Shown: positions 53,007 to 62,796 of the stretch, piece by piece
Numbering within the stretch: position 1 is the stretch's first letter
Layout: each line of letters begins with the position of its first letter
Assembly (NCBI GenBank): GCA_963783385.1
Contig: CAWANJ010000009.1
Span: 640,001-704,000 of the forward strand
Direction of reading: 5' to 3'
From: an uncultured Gemmatimonadales bacterium
GTDB lineage: Bacteria; Gemmatimonadota; Gemmatimonadetes; Palauibacterales; Palauibacteraceae
DNA length: 64,000 bases
Position numbers and translations under genes: made by a program
The notes under the pieces: model-generated
Told to the model about the DNA's origin: nothing
Databases searched by the model: none
What the model saw: only the letters and a program-made list of their open reading frames with translations

Positions 53007-53052
53007 GATCTTTATATAGATCATCTATACTATGGTGCGTTCCGGGCGTCAA
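53007..53052 (-). promoter_or_regulatory. padR promoter with a palindromic operator
   Basis: TTGACG-N17-TATAGA (53052-53024), followed by GATCT-TTATAT-AGATC (53007-53022). Confidence 0.65.
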
Positions 53053-53188
53053 CCCGGGTCGGACTAGGGCTCCGGGCACGGAAAAGGACGGGGGTGGAGG
53101 AGCGCGGCAGGCGGCGCGGAATGACCGCGGGGGGCAACCACGGGGAGACCGAGGCGCTCCACGGCGAGGTGGAGCCGACACGCGAGAG

Positions 53189-53259
53189 AGGCGCCGTCCG
53201 GATTCGAACCGGAGTAGGGGGCTTTGCAGGCCCCTGCCTAGCCACTCGGCCACGGCGCC
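53189..53259 (-). tRNA. tRNA-Cys(GCA)
   Basis: GGCGCCG acceptor, GGGGC-CTGCAAA-GCCCC anticodon arm, GGTTCGAATCC, U discriminator. Confidence 0.97.
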
Positions 53260-53415
53260 GTCCCGTACAGGGTAGGACGACGGGCGCGCCGCGAAAAGCC
53301 CGGTGCGATCGTCACGCGCGCGGGTCCGGCCGCCTGTCGCGGGCGCGCCGGCGCGCCTATACTGCCCGCTCGGGCGGTCCGGCCGGGCTGCGGGCTCCAC
53401 CGCCGGCCGCCCCCG

Positions 53416-55043
53416 ATGACGCCGAGCCCGCCCCGTCCGAGCCGGAGCCTCGTGCCCGCCCAGTTCGGTTTCACGAACTCACGCGCCCGACGCGCCGCCG
53501 CACGCTGTTCCTCGTGGCCGGCACGCTCGCGGCGCTGCGGGTCGCTCCGGCCGCCGCCCAGAACGTCACGGCCCGCACGGTCACCGCCCAGATCCCGAAG
53601 CATGGCGAGCTGTGGATCGAGGTGGCGCCGGTCTTCCAGGGGTGGGACGAGCACTTCGGCGCCCACGGCGGCCGGGTGCCCCTCGCCGACGCCTACGACG
53701 GGCCTCTCGCCTCCCGGCTGTTCCCCGGTCCCGAGGCCGTGGCCGCCGATCTCAACGTCGATGCGTCGGCGCTCGGCTACACGGACGTGGCCGCCGACCA
53801 GGCCTCGCTCGGCACGCTCCACATGGGAGAGCTGAACCGGGAGATGCGGGTGATTCTCCTCCGGCTGGAGGTCGGCTTCCTGGACCGCTTCTCGATCGAG
53901 GCCTCGCTGCCGGTCGTGTGGACCAAGGCCGAGCCCTTCTTCGGGTTCGACTCGGCCGGCGCCACCGTGCTCTCGGGCTCGAACGCCATCCAGAACCCCG
54001 TCCAGTTCTTCGGCGGCCTCGGCGGCGCCCGCGACACGCTGGCCGCCCGGCTCCAGGCCGGAAGCATCCCCGGTAGCCAGCAGGCCCAGGCGCAGGCGCT
54101 CATCGCGACCTCGACGGCGTTCCTGGAGGCCATCCAGCGGCGGATCATCACGGGCGATCTCCTGCCACTGGCCACCACGACCGCCGGACAGCAGCTCCTG
54201 GCCTACTACGCGAGCCTCCAGCAGCAGTTCGGCTCGTTCGGCCTCCAGTCTCCTGACTTGAGCCTGCCGGACGTGGCCACGTCGGCCGACCTGCACGGCT
54301 GGTTCGGCGGCGCCTTTCTCCAGGGGGAGCCGCTGGGGGCGACGGTCCGCAGCTGGACCGCCGGCGAGATCGAGGTCGGCGCCCGGTTCTCCCTGCTGGA
54401 CGGCTACCGGCCCGACTCCCTCGCGGGAGGAATCGAGCTCCGCACCACGGCCGGGCTTCTCACGCGGCTGGCGCTTCGGGGCTCCGGATCCCTGCCTTAC
54501 CAGGTCCCGGGCGACTTCGTGGGCGTCCCGGTCGGCGACGGGCAGCGCGACGTGGCCCTCAGCCTGTACCAGGACGTCCGGATCGGGCACGCCTTCGAGC
54601 TGAACGCCGCGGCGACCTACGGCGTGCAGATGGCCGACCAGCTCGAGCTTCGGCTCCACCCGCCGGGCCAACCCTTCGCCACGCCGGGCACGGCGGTGCA
54701 GGTGGACCGGAACCTGGGCGACTACATCCGGCTCCGGCTCGCCCCCCACTTCGCCCTGGATCCGCACGTCATGGTGGGCGTCGAGTACCGCTACTGGCAC
54801 AAGGCGGCCGACCACTACCGGCTGACAGGCGGCGGAACGAACGGGGCCGCGGCCATCCTCGCGACTCTATCGGCACAGACCCGGCACCGCCTGGGGGTGG
54901 CGGCCACCTACCGGCCCGGGGGCGCCGAATCGGGGGCCGAACTCGGCTTCGTCTACCAGGTCGCCATCGGCGGCAAAGGGGTGACGACGCCGGTGGCCGA
55001 CCTGGCCACCTTCCACATCCGGGTGCCCGCCCACATCTTCTAG
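53416..55043 (+). CDS. Hypothetical exported protein, probable outer-membrane beta-barrel (start uncertain; probable frameshift near 53480)
   Basis: Signal ending APAAA-Q, amphipathic strands, helical insertion, C-terminal Phe; TATACT at 53358. Confidence 0.6.
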
Positions 55044-56701
55044 GCTACGCCGAGCAGCTCCCGGGCGTGACGCCGGGCCACGCCGCTCTCCGGATCGCCG
55101 CCCAGCATGCGTGCCAGCTCCTCGATGCGCTCCTCGCCCTCCAACCGCCGGACGCGGGTGGCGGCCTTGCCGGCCACCGATCCCTTCTCGACCCGCACGT
55201 GAGCGTCGGCCCGGGCCGCGATCTGCGGCAGGTGGGTGATCACGAACACCTGGTGCTCGCGGGCCACCGCCGCCAGCCGCTCGGCGACCCGGTGTGCCAC
55301 CTCGCCTCCGACCCCGGCGTCGATCTCGTCGAACACCAGCGTGGGAATCCGATCGCCTCGCACGAGGACCGTCTTGAGCGCGAGCATCAGGCGGCTGAGC
55401 TCGCCCCCGGAGGCGATCCGATCCAGGGGTCCCGGGTCGAACCCCGGGTTCAGCGACACGAGGAACTCGACGTCCTCCGCACCGGCCGGCCCGGGCTCCG
55501 CGCGCGGCTCGAACGCCACGCGGAAGACGCCACCCTCCATCCCGAGCTCGGCGAGGAGAGGCGCCACGGCCTCCTCCAGCCGGGCCGCTCCCTCGAGACG
55601 TCGCTTCGTGAGCCCTTCGGCCCGCCGCCGCCGCTCCCCACCGAGCTCCCGCTCCCGGCCCTCCAGCTCCCTCAGTCGCTCATCGGAGCTCTCGAGCGCG
55701 TCCAGTTCCGCCCGGGCGGCACGCCCCTGCTCGATCACGTCCTCGACGGTGTCCCCATACTTGCGGACGAGGCGGAAGACGAGGTCGAGGCGAGAGCGCA
55801 CCCGCTCGAGCCGGGCCGGATCGTGGTCCACGGAGTCCCGGTAGCGGGCCAGCTCGCGCCCCAGCTCCTCCACGGAGGCCAGCCCCGAGTCCAGGAGCGC
55901 CTCCATGGGGGCGGCGTCCGGGTCGATCCGGAGCAGCTCCCTGAGCGGGCGGCGCAGCTGGCCCAGCCGGTCGACCACCGAGGCCTCGTCCTCGTACACG
56001 GACTCGTGCAGCCCTCCGGACAGCTCGAGGAGCTCCTCGGAGTGCTCCAACCGGCGGGCTTCACCCCGCAGTGCCTCCTCCTCGCCGCTCTCGAGCCGCG
56101 CCTTCTCGATCTCCTCGGTCTTAAATCGCAGCCAGTCGGCGCGCTCCGCCGCCTCCCGGGCTCGCGTGCGCACCTCCTCCGCCTCGGATCGCACGTCCGA
56201 CAGGGCCCGGTGCGCTTCTCCCACCGCGGTGACCGCATCCTCGGCACCCGCGAAGGCATCGAGCAGGTGCCGCTGCTCCGCCCGGCGCAGGAGCCTCTGG
56301 TGCTCATGCTGGCCGTGCAGCTCCACCAGGGAAGCGCCCAGCTCCCAGATGAGGCTGGCGGTGACGGGCGAGCCGTTGGCCCAGGCGCGGTTCCGTCCCT
56401 CTCGCTGGACCTCGCGCCGGAGGATTAGCCACCCGTCCTCGACCTCGATCCCGGCGTCGGAGCAGCGTTCGAGCACCTCGGGACGGCCGCTGACGTCGAA
56501 AGCCGCCTCGACCCGCGCCCGCTCCTCTCCGGACCGCACGTCCTCCGAGGAAGCCCGCTCGCCCAGGAGGAGGGAGAGCGCACCCACGATGAGGGACTTC
56601 CCCGCCCCCGTCTCCCCGGTCAGGGCCGTGAGGCCGGGCCCCAGCTCGAGGGTCAGGTCGTCGATGACCGCGTAGTTCTGGACGCGGAGCTCTCTCAGCA
56701 C
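55040..56701 (-). CDS. recN: DNA repair protein RecN
   Basis: TGETGAGKS, HGQHEHQ, ASGGELSR, FDEIDAGVGG, ITHLPQIAA. Confidence 0.97.
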   Translation of the reverse strand: MLRELRVQNYAVIDDLTLELGPGLTALTGETGAGKSLIVGALSLLLGERASSEDVRSGEERARVEAAFDVSGRPEVLERCSDAGIEVEDGWLILRREVQREGRNRAWANGSPVTASLIWELGASLVELHGQHEHQRLLRRAEQRHLLDAFAGAEDAVTAVGEAHRALSDVRSEAEEVRTRAREAAERADWLRFKTEEIEKARLESGEEEALRGEARRLEHSEELLELSGGLHESVYEDEASVVDRLGQLRRPLRELLRIDPDAAPMEALLDSGLASVEELGRELARYRDSVDHDPARLERVRSRLDLVFRLVRKYGDTVEDVIEQGRAARAELDALESSDERLRELEGRERELGGERRRRAEGLTKRRLEGAARLEEAVAPLLAELGMEGGVFRVAFEPRAEPGPAGAEDVEFLVSLNPGFDPGPLDRIASGGELSRLMLALKTVLVRGDRIPTLVFDEIDAGVGGEVAHRVAERLAAVAREHQVFVITHLPQIAARADAHVRVEKGSVAGKAATRVRRLEGEERIEELARMLGGDPESGVARRHARELLGVA

Positions 56702-56767
56702 GTCTTCACCCGGAATTGTGGTGGGCGCCCCCGGCACCCGACGCTGTCACGCGACTTCAACGCGGTC

Positions 56768-57661
56768 TCAGCGATCCCGCGGTCGTACATCGCCCCAGCG
56801 CAGCTTCCGCCGGAGCACCGAGAAGAAGCTCTGGCCCGGGAAGCGGATGAGTCGGACCGGCCGCTCGGAGCGGCCCGCCTCGACCCGGTCGCCGACCTCG
56901 AGGTCGCTGCCCACCTGCCCGTCTACCGTGACGATCGTCTCGGCGCTGTGCGGGCACACCTCGATCGTCACCCGGCCATCGGCCGGGATCACCACCGGCC
57001 GAACCGCGAGCGTGTGCGGGGAGATCGGGGTGGCCACCAGGGCGTCCAGCGTCGGGACCAGGACCGGCCCCCCGGCCGACAGGCTGTAGGCGGTCGAGCC
57101 CGTGGGGGTCGACACGATGATCCCGTCGGCGCTGTACTGGGCGACCTCCTCGCCGTCCGACCACAGCCGCAGCGTGATGAGCCGCGCGAACCCGCTCTTG
57201 TGGACGACCACGTCGTTGAGCGCGTAGTAGCCCGGCGGGCCCGACTCGCTCCCGGAGCGCACCACGGTCACGTCCAGGGCCAGCCGCTCCTCGATCTCGT
57301 ACTCGCCGGCCACGAGGCGGCCGAGCATGCGCTCGAGGCTCTCCGAGGGACCGGCGGTCATGAAACCCAGCCGGCCCAGGTTGCACCCCACGACCGGCAC
57401 CTCGCGCGGTCCCGCCCGCCGGGCGCCGCTGAGCAGCGTCCCGTCGCCGCCCAGCGTGAGGAGCACGTCCAGCCCCTCCCAGGCGTCCTCGAGGTTGGCC
57501 ACCCCCTCCACGCCGAGCTCCTCCCGAGCGATTCGCGCCGTCTCCTCCCCCAGGGCCACCTCGGCGCCGAGATCGTCGGCGCTCCGGAGCAGCCGCTCGA
57601 GGACCTCGGTCATCTCCCGGTGCTCGGCGTTGCCGAGCACGCCCAACCTGAAACCGCTCAT
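56768..57661 (-). CDS. nadK: NAD kinase
   Basis: GGDGT, GRLGF, ALND, ADG, TPTGSTAYSLSAGG. Confidence 0.96.
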   Translation of the reverse strand: MSGFRLGVLGNAEHREMTEVLERLLRSADDLGAEVALGEETARIAREELGVEGVANLEDAWEGLDVLLTLGGDGTLLSGARRAGPREVPVVGCNLGRLGFMTAGPSESLERMLGRLVAGEYEIEERLALDVTVVRSGSESGPPGYYALNDVVVHKSGFARLITLRLWSDGEEVAQYSADGIIVSTPTGSTAYSLSAGGPVLVPTLDALVATPISPHTLAVRPVVIPADGRVTIEVCPHSAETIVTVDGQVGSDLEVGDRVEAGRSERPVRLIRFPGQSFFSVLRRKLRWGDVRPRDR

Positions 57662-58602
57662 CGGCGTCGCTCCACCACGAGCTCCGCCAGGAGCTCCAGC
57701 TCGCGGGTGTCCTCGAGGCCGGCCAGCTCCCGCCGCGCCACGCCGGCCAGCTCGCGGCTCACCTGCTCGGACGCCTCCAGCCCGAGCACGGACGGGTAGG
57801 TGGCCTTGCCGAGCGCCACGTCCCTGCCGCTCGTCTTGCCGATCTCCGCCTCTTCGCCCGTGACGTCCAGGATGTCGTCGACCGCCTGGAAGGCGAGCCC
57901 GAGGGCTACCCCGAACCGCCCCAGTCGCTCGACGACCTTTTCGGGCGCGCGGGCCGCGACCGCTCCCATGCGCACCGATGCCGCCATGAGGGCGGCCGTC
58001 TTGCCGCGATGGATCCGCTCGAGCTCCTCCCGGGTGGTGGCGCGGCCCTCCGCCCGCAGGTCGAGGAGCTGGCCGCCCACCATACCCCCCGCCCCCGCCG
58101 CGTCCGCCAGGATCGAGAGGAGGCGGCGGGCGCGGATGGGCTCGAGGCCCAGCGCCCCGGCGGCCCGCCACACGGTTCGGGCGGCCATCGGCATGAGCCC
58201 GGCCCCGGCGAGGACGGCCGCCGGGGTACCGAAGCGAACGTGCACCGTGGGCCGGCCGCGGCGTAGCACGTCGTCGTCCATGCAGGGGAGATCGTCGTGC
58301 ACCAGGGAGTAGGCGTGGACGAGCTCCACGCTGCAGGCCAGAGCGGCCGCCGGATCGCCTTCGGTCGGCGCTGCTGCCGCCTCCCCACCCGCGGCGCGCC
58401 ACGCCGCCAGGAGCAGCAGCGGGCGGAGCCGTTTGCCGGGGCCGAGAACGGCATACCGCACCGGGCTGGCCACGGCGTCGGAAACGCCCCTCAGCTCGCG
58501 GTCGAGCACCACGGGAAGCGCCGCCGCCACGCGCGCGCCCAGCGCCGTGAGCTCGGGGCCGGGGCGCCGCGTGCCCAGGGCCTCAGTCACCGCCATCGCC
58601 AT
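57658..58602 (-). CDS. ispA: Farnesyl/geranylgeranyl diphosphate synthase
   Basis: GKRLRP, SLVHDDLPCMDDDVLRRG, GGQLLD, KTAAL, FQAVDDILD, GKT. Confidence 0.95.
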   Translation of the reverse strand: MAMAVTEALGTRRPGPELTALGARVAAALPVVLDRELRGVSDAVASPVRYAVLGPGKRLRPLLLLAAWRAAGGEAAAAPTEGDPAAALACSVELVHAYSLVHDDLPCMDDDVLRRGRPTVHVRFGTPAAVLAGAGLMPMAARTVWRAAGALGLEPIRARRLLSILADAAGAGGMVGGQLLDLRAEGRATTREELERIHRGKTAALMAASVRMGAVAARAPEKVVERLGRFGVALGLAFQAVDDILDVTGEEAEIGKTSGRDVALGKATYPSVLGLEASEQVSRELAGVARRELAGLEDTRELELLAELVVERRR

Positions 58603-58855
58603 CGGCGGCCTCTCCCGCCGGGAGGTCGAAGTCCACGGTGGCCAGCTCCCCCGATGCATTCTCGATGAGCTCCTCCACCACGCCGCGGGCGTCGTCCAGG
58701 AGGCGGCTGGCCGTGCGCAGGTGGGAGACGCCCGTCTCGAACATCTCGAGGGCCTCGTCCAGCGACAGCTCCTCGCGGTCGAGCCGCGCCACGATGCGCT
58801 CCAGCTCTTCCAGCGCCGCCTCGAACTCCGACGTGCGCGACGGCTCCTCAGCCAC
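58583..58855 (-). CDS. xseB: Exodeoxyribonuclease VII small subunit
   Basis: FEAALEELERIVARLD..LSLDEAL.MFETG. Confidence 0.93.
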   Translation of the reverse strand: MAEEPSRTSEFEAALEELERIVARLDREELSLDEALEMFETGVSHLRTASRLLDDARGVVEELIENASGELATVDFDLPAGEAADGDGGD

Positions 58856-60270
58856 CCGTCTCCTCCTCCGTCATCGTTTCGGTCCCCTCCACGGTGCACG
58901 CGACCCGGCCATCCACGACCCGGAGCCGGAAGCGGTCCCCCTGCCGGAAATCCGCCAGGCGGCGCAGCACCCGCCCGTCGCCGGCCAGTGGCACGGCGTA
59001 CCCGCGGCGCAGGGTGCCGAGCGGACTCAGGGCATCCAGCCGCCCCCCGAGTCCCTCGAGCCGACCCGCCAGCCGTTCCAGCCTGCGGTCCATCCCGCCC
59101 AGGAGGCGGTCGGCGGCCCGCCGCGCCCGCTCCTCGCCCCGGACCGTACGCTGGCGGAGGCCCGACACCAGCCGGTCGCCGAGCTTGCGCAGGTCGGCGC
59201 GCAGGACCCGGCCGTCCGGGACCACCAGCTCGCCCGCCGCCGAGGGGGTCGGGGCGCGCACGTCGGCCACCAGGTCGGTGATCGTGACGTCGATCTCGTG
59301 CCCCACCGCGGAGATCACCGGGACGGGACAGGCCGCCACCGCCCTGGCCACGGCCTCCTCGTTGAAGCACCACAGGTCTTCGACCGACCCACCGCCGCGC
59401 GTGACCACGATGACCTCGACCCGACCGTCCCGCACGAGGCGGTCCAGGGCCCGGACGATCTCGCCGGCGGCCTCCTCGCCCTGCACCCGGCAGTCCGACA
59501 CCAGGAGCTCCGTCCACGGCGCCCGCCGGCGAACGACCGTGATCACGTCGCGCAGCGCGGCTCCCGTGCGGGAGGTGACCACGCCCACCCGGAGCGGCAC
59601 GCGCGGCAGGGGCCGCTTTCGCGCCTCCTCGAGGAGCCCTTCGGCGGCCAGCTTCCGCTTGAGGCGTTCGAAAGCGAGGCGCCACAGCCCCTCACCGCGC
59701 GCCTCCAGCTTGCGCACGATGAGCTGATAAGAGCCCCGCGCCTCGTACAGCGACACCTCGCCGAAGCCGAGGACCTCCATCCCTTCCTCGGGGTCGGTCG
59801 GCAGGCGGCGGGCGTCACTCCGCCACAGGACGCAGGAGATCTGGGCCTCCTCGTCACGGAGGCTGAAATAGCAGTGGCCCGAGCTCACCCGCCGCCAGTT
59901 GGCCACCTCGCCCACGACCCACAGGGACGGAAAGCTCTCCTCCAGGATCCGCCGCGCGGCCGCATTGAGGGCCGAGACCGAGACCGGCGACTGGCGCGAC
60001 GAGCCGGGCGGACCGGGAAGCTCCGGGGACGTGGGGGTCCGGTCGGGTCCGGGGGTCTCGGCGGATCCGGTCGGGGGATGCGCCCCAGCTCGGACCCGAC
60101 GCCTCCGCAGTCTCCGTGCCCGCGGGCCGCTCGGCAGGGTCGGCTGCATCCGCGCCCGGGCCGTTCGTCGCCCGAGCTCCGGCCTCCGCCTCCTCCGGCG
60201 ACCCGCCGAACAGCGAGATCTGCGTCTCGGTCCCCTCTCCCGTGGACCGGGACTCGCGGTCCGCCGTCAC
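58848..60270 (-). CDS. xseA: Exodeoxyribonuclease VII large subunit with a long N-terminal extension (frameshift in the extension)
   Basis: WVVGEVAN, SGHCYFSLRD, RGGGSVEDLWCFN, SAVGHEID, PTPSAA, LRRGY; GTGA overlap with folD stop. Confidence 0.93.
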
Positions 60271-61187
60271 GCGCCCCCGGCCGGCGACGCCGCCCCGACG
60301 GTGCGGCCCGCGGCCCGGCGGGCCGCCGTCAGCGTGTTCTTGAGGAGCATGGCGATGGTCATCGGCCCGACGCCCCCGGGGACCGGCGTGATCCAGCCCG
60401 CCCTCGTCCGCACCTCGTCGAACGCCACGTCCCCGACCAGGCGGTAGCCCTTATCGGCCGAGGAATCCTCCACCCGGTTCACGCCCACGTCGATGACCAC
60501 GGCACCCTCGCGCACCATGTCCGCCGTGATGAGCTCCGGGCGTCCCACGGCGGCCACCAGGAGCTCGGCCTCGCGGGCGACCGCGGCCAGGTCCCGGGTG
60601 CGGCTGTGGGCGATCGTCACCGTCGCGTTGGCGAACGGCTCGCGTTGGAGGAGGATGGAGGCCAGCGGCCGGCCCACCAGGTTCGAGCGTCCCACGATCA
60701 CGGCACGCCGTCCCTCCGGGTCGAAGCCGATGCGCCGCAGCAGCTCCTGCACGCCGGCCGGCGTGCAGGGTCGGATGGCGGCGGGGTCCCCGAGGGCCAG
60801 GCGGCCCACGTTCACGGGATGGAGTCCATCCACGTCCTTCTCGGGCCGCACCCGCTCCACGATCGCCTTCTCGTCCAGGCCCTCGGGCAGCGGGAGCTGC
60901 ACGAGGATCCCGTGGACGTCCGGGTCGGCGTTGAGCTCGTCCACCACCACCTCGAGCTCGGCCTGGCGCGTGTCGGCGGGCAGCTTGATGTCGCGGGCCT
61001 CGATGCCCGCCTCCTCGCAGGCGCGCGTCTTCATGCGCACGTACACCTGGGAGGCGGGGTCCTCTCCCACCAGCACCACGGCCAGTCCGGGCCGCGTTCC
61101 GGTCGCCGTCAGCTCCGCCGTCCCCTCGGCCACCTCCCGCCGCACGTCCCGCGCGACGGCCCTGCCGTCGATCAGCTCTGCCGTCAT
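60267..61187 (-). CDS. folD: Methylenetetrahydrofolate dehydrogenase/cyclohydrolase
   Basis: YVRMK, ILVQLPLP, KDVDG, PCTP, GRSNLVG, TPVPGGVGPMT. Confidence 0.97.
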   Translation of the reverse strand: MTAELIDGRAVARDVRREVAEGTAELTATGTRPGLAVVLVGEDPASQVYVRMKTRACEEAGIEARDIKLPADTRQAELEVVVDELNADPDVHGILVQLPLPEGLDEKAIVERVRPEKDVDGLHPVNVGRLALGDPAAIRPCTPAGVQELLRRIGFDPEGRRAVIVGRSNLVGRPLASILLQREPFANATVTIAHSRTRDLAAVAREAELLVAAVGRPELITADMVREGAVVIDVGVNRVEDSSADKGYRLVGDVAFDEVRTRAGWITPVPGGVGPMTIAMLLKNTLTAARRAAGRTVGAASPAGGA

Positions 61188-61200
61188 CTCTCCCCTGTCT

Positions 61201-62763
61201 CTATCGGGCGAAGTCGACCGCCCGCGTCTCGCGGACGACGACCACCTTGATCTGCCCCGGATACTGGAGCTCCTCCTCGATGGTGCGCGCCGTCTTCTCC
61301 GACAGCTCCGCCATCTCCTCGTCGGTGATCCGGTCGGGCATGACCATGACGCGGATCTCGCGGCCGGCCTGGATCGCGTACACCTTCTCCACCCCCTCGA
61401 AGGAGGCCGCGATCGCCTCCAGCTTCTCTAGCCGCTTCACGTAGTGCTCGAAGGACTCCCGACGGGCGCCCGGTCGCGCGCCCGAGATCGCGTCGGCCGC
61501 CGTGACCAGGAAGCTCTCCGGGTAGCGGGCCGGCTCCTCGTCGTGGTGGGCGCGGATGGCGTTCAGGACCTGGTCCGGCTCCCCGTAGCGCCTGGCCACC
61601 TCGTAGCCCAGCTCGACGTGGCTCCCCTCCTGCTCGTGGCTGAGCGCCTTGCCGATGTCGTGCAGGAGACCCATGCGCTTGGTCATCTGCATGTCCAGGC
61701 CGAGCTCGGCCGCCATGTTGGCGGCCAGCAGCGCCACCTCCCGGGCGTGCTGCAGCTGGTTCTGGCCGTAGCTGGTCCGGTAGCGCAGGTGCCCGAGCAG
61801 GTCCACGAGGTGCGGGTTCACGTCGTGGATGCCGAGCTCGTAGAGGACCTCCTCGGCGGCCTCCCGCATGGAGTCGTCGACGTCGCCCTTCGCCTTCTCC
61901 GCCACCTCCTCGATGCGGCCGGGGTGAATGCGTCCGTCGGCCACCAGGCGCTCCATGGCCAGGCGGGCGATCTCCCGCCGGATCGGGTCGAAGGAGGAGA
62001 GGATCACGGCCTCGGGCGTGTCGTCCACGACCACGTCCACGCCGGTGATGGCCTCGAAGGCCCGGATGTTCCGGCCCTCGCGGCCGATGATGCGGCCCTT
62101 CATGTCGTCGCTGGGGAGGGCGACGACGCTCACGGTGGTCTCCGAGGAGTGGTCCACGGCGAGCTTCTCGATGGCCATCGAGATGATCTTACGGGCCTCG
62201 CGCTCCGCGTCCCGGCGAGCCCCCTCCCTGAGCTCGCGCACGTGCTGTGCGGCTTCGGCGCGGGCCTCGTCCTCCAGGCGGGAGATCAGCATCGTGCGGG
62301 CTTCCTCGGCCGTCAGCCCGGCCAGGGCCTCCAGGCGTTTCTGGGCCTCGGACTCGCGGTTCTCCACGGAGCTGGCCCGGGTCTCCAGGGCTTCCTCGCG
62401 CTCCTCGAGCTTCTGGAGGCGCTCCTCCTGGCGCGTCTGGCGCTCGTCGAGGAGCTCGAGCTTGCGCTCGAGCATGCGCTCGCGCTCGTCGAGCCGGTTC
62501 TCGGCCCGCTCCAGCTCGCCGCGCCGGTCACGGGCCTCCGCCTCGAGCCCCTCCTTGAGCCGGTAGATCTCCTCGCGGCCGGCCAGCTCGGCCTCACGGC
62601 GGATGCTGGTGGCCTCCCGGGTCGCGGCCTCGACCAGGTCCTTCGCCTCGTCTTCGGCCGCGCCACGACGGCGCCGGGCGAGTCCGCCCGCCCACAGGCG
62701 GCCCAGGATCAGCCCGGCGACGAGCGCGGCCACCAGGATGAGGAGGATCCACTGGACGCTCAT
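61201..62763 (-). CDS. rny: Ribonuclease Y
   Basis: N-terminal TM, coiled coil, KGRIIGREGRNIR (KH), RTSYGQN, LLHDIGK (HD), AIQAGREIRV. Confidence 0.97.
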   Translation of the reverse strand: MSVQWILLILVAALVAGLILGRLWAGGLARRRRGAAEDEAKDLVEAATREATSIRREAELAGREEIYRLKEGLEAEARDRRGELERAENRLDERERMLERKLELLDERQTRQEERLQKLEEREEALETRASSVENRESEAQKRLEALAGLTAEEARTMLISRLEDEARAEAAQHVRELREGARRDAEREARKIISMAIEKLAVDHSSETTVSVVALPSDDMKGRIIGREGRNIRAFEAITGVDVVVDDTPEAVILSSFDPIRREIARLAMERLVADGRIHPGRIEEVAEKAKGDVDDSMREAAEEVLYELGIHDVNPHLVDLLGHLRYRTSYGQNQLQHAREVALLAANMAAELGLDMQMTKRMGLLHDIGKALSHEQEGSHVELGYEVARRYGEPDQVLNAIRAHHDEEPARYPESFLVTAADAISGARPGARRESFEHYVKRLEKLEAIAASFEGVEKVYAIQAGREIRVMVMPDRITDEEMAELSEKTARTIEEELQYPGQIKVVVVRETRAVDFAR

Positions 62764-62796
62764 AGCGCGGTTCCCCGAATCTATGAAAAAGACGGC

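Noticed and set aside
9913-53313. Shared intergenic 13-mer CGGTGCGATCGTC at about 9913 and about 53301
   Set aside because: Only two copies of a short GC-rich word, compatible with chance.
56768-61200. No dxs/tlyA after ispA and no YmdB-like gene after rny
   Set aside because: Gene-order variation; absence from one window says nothing about the genome.
3056-61250. Many long antisense or alternate-frame ORFs (e.g. 3056..5677, 7339..9960, 33433..36453, 58638..61250)
   Set aside because: These are shadow ORFs expected at very high GC. They are Arg/Pro/Gly-rich and overlap well-supported genes.
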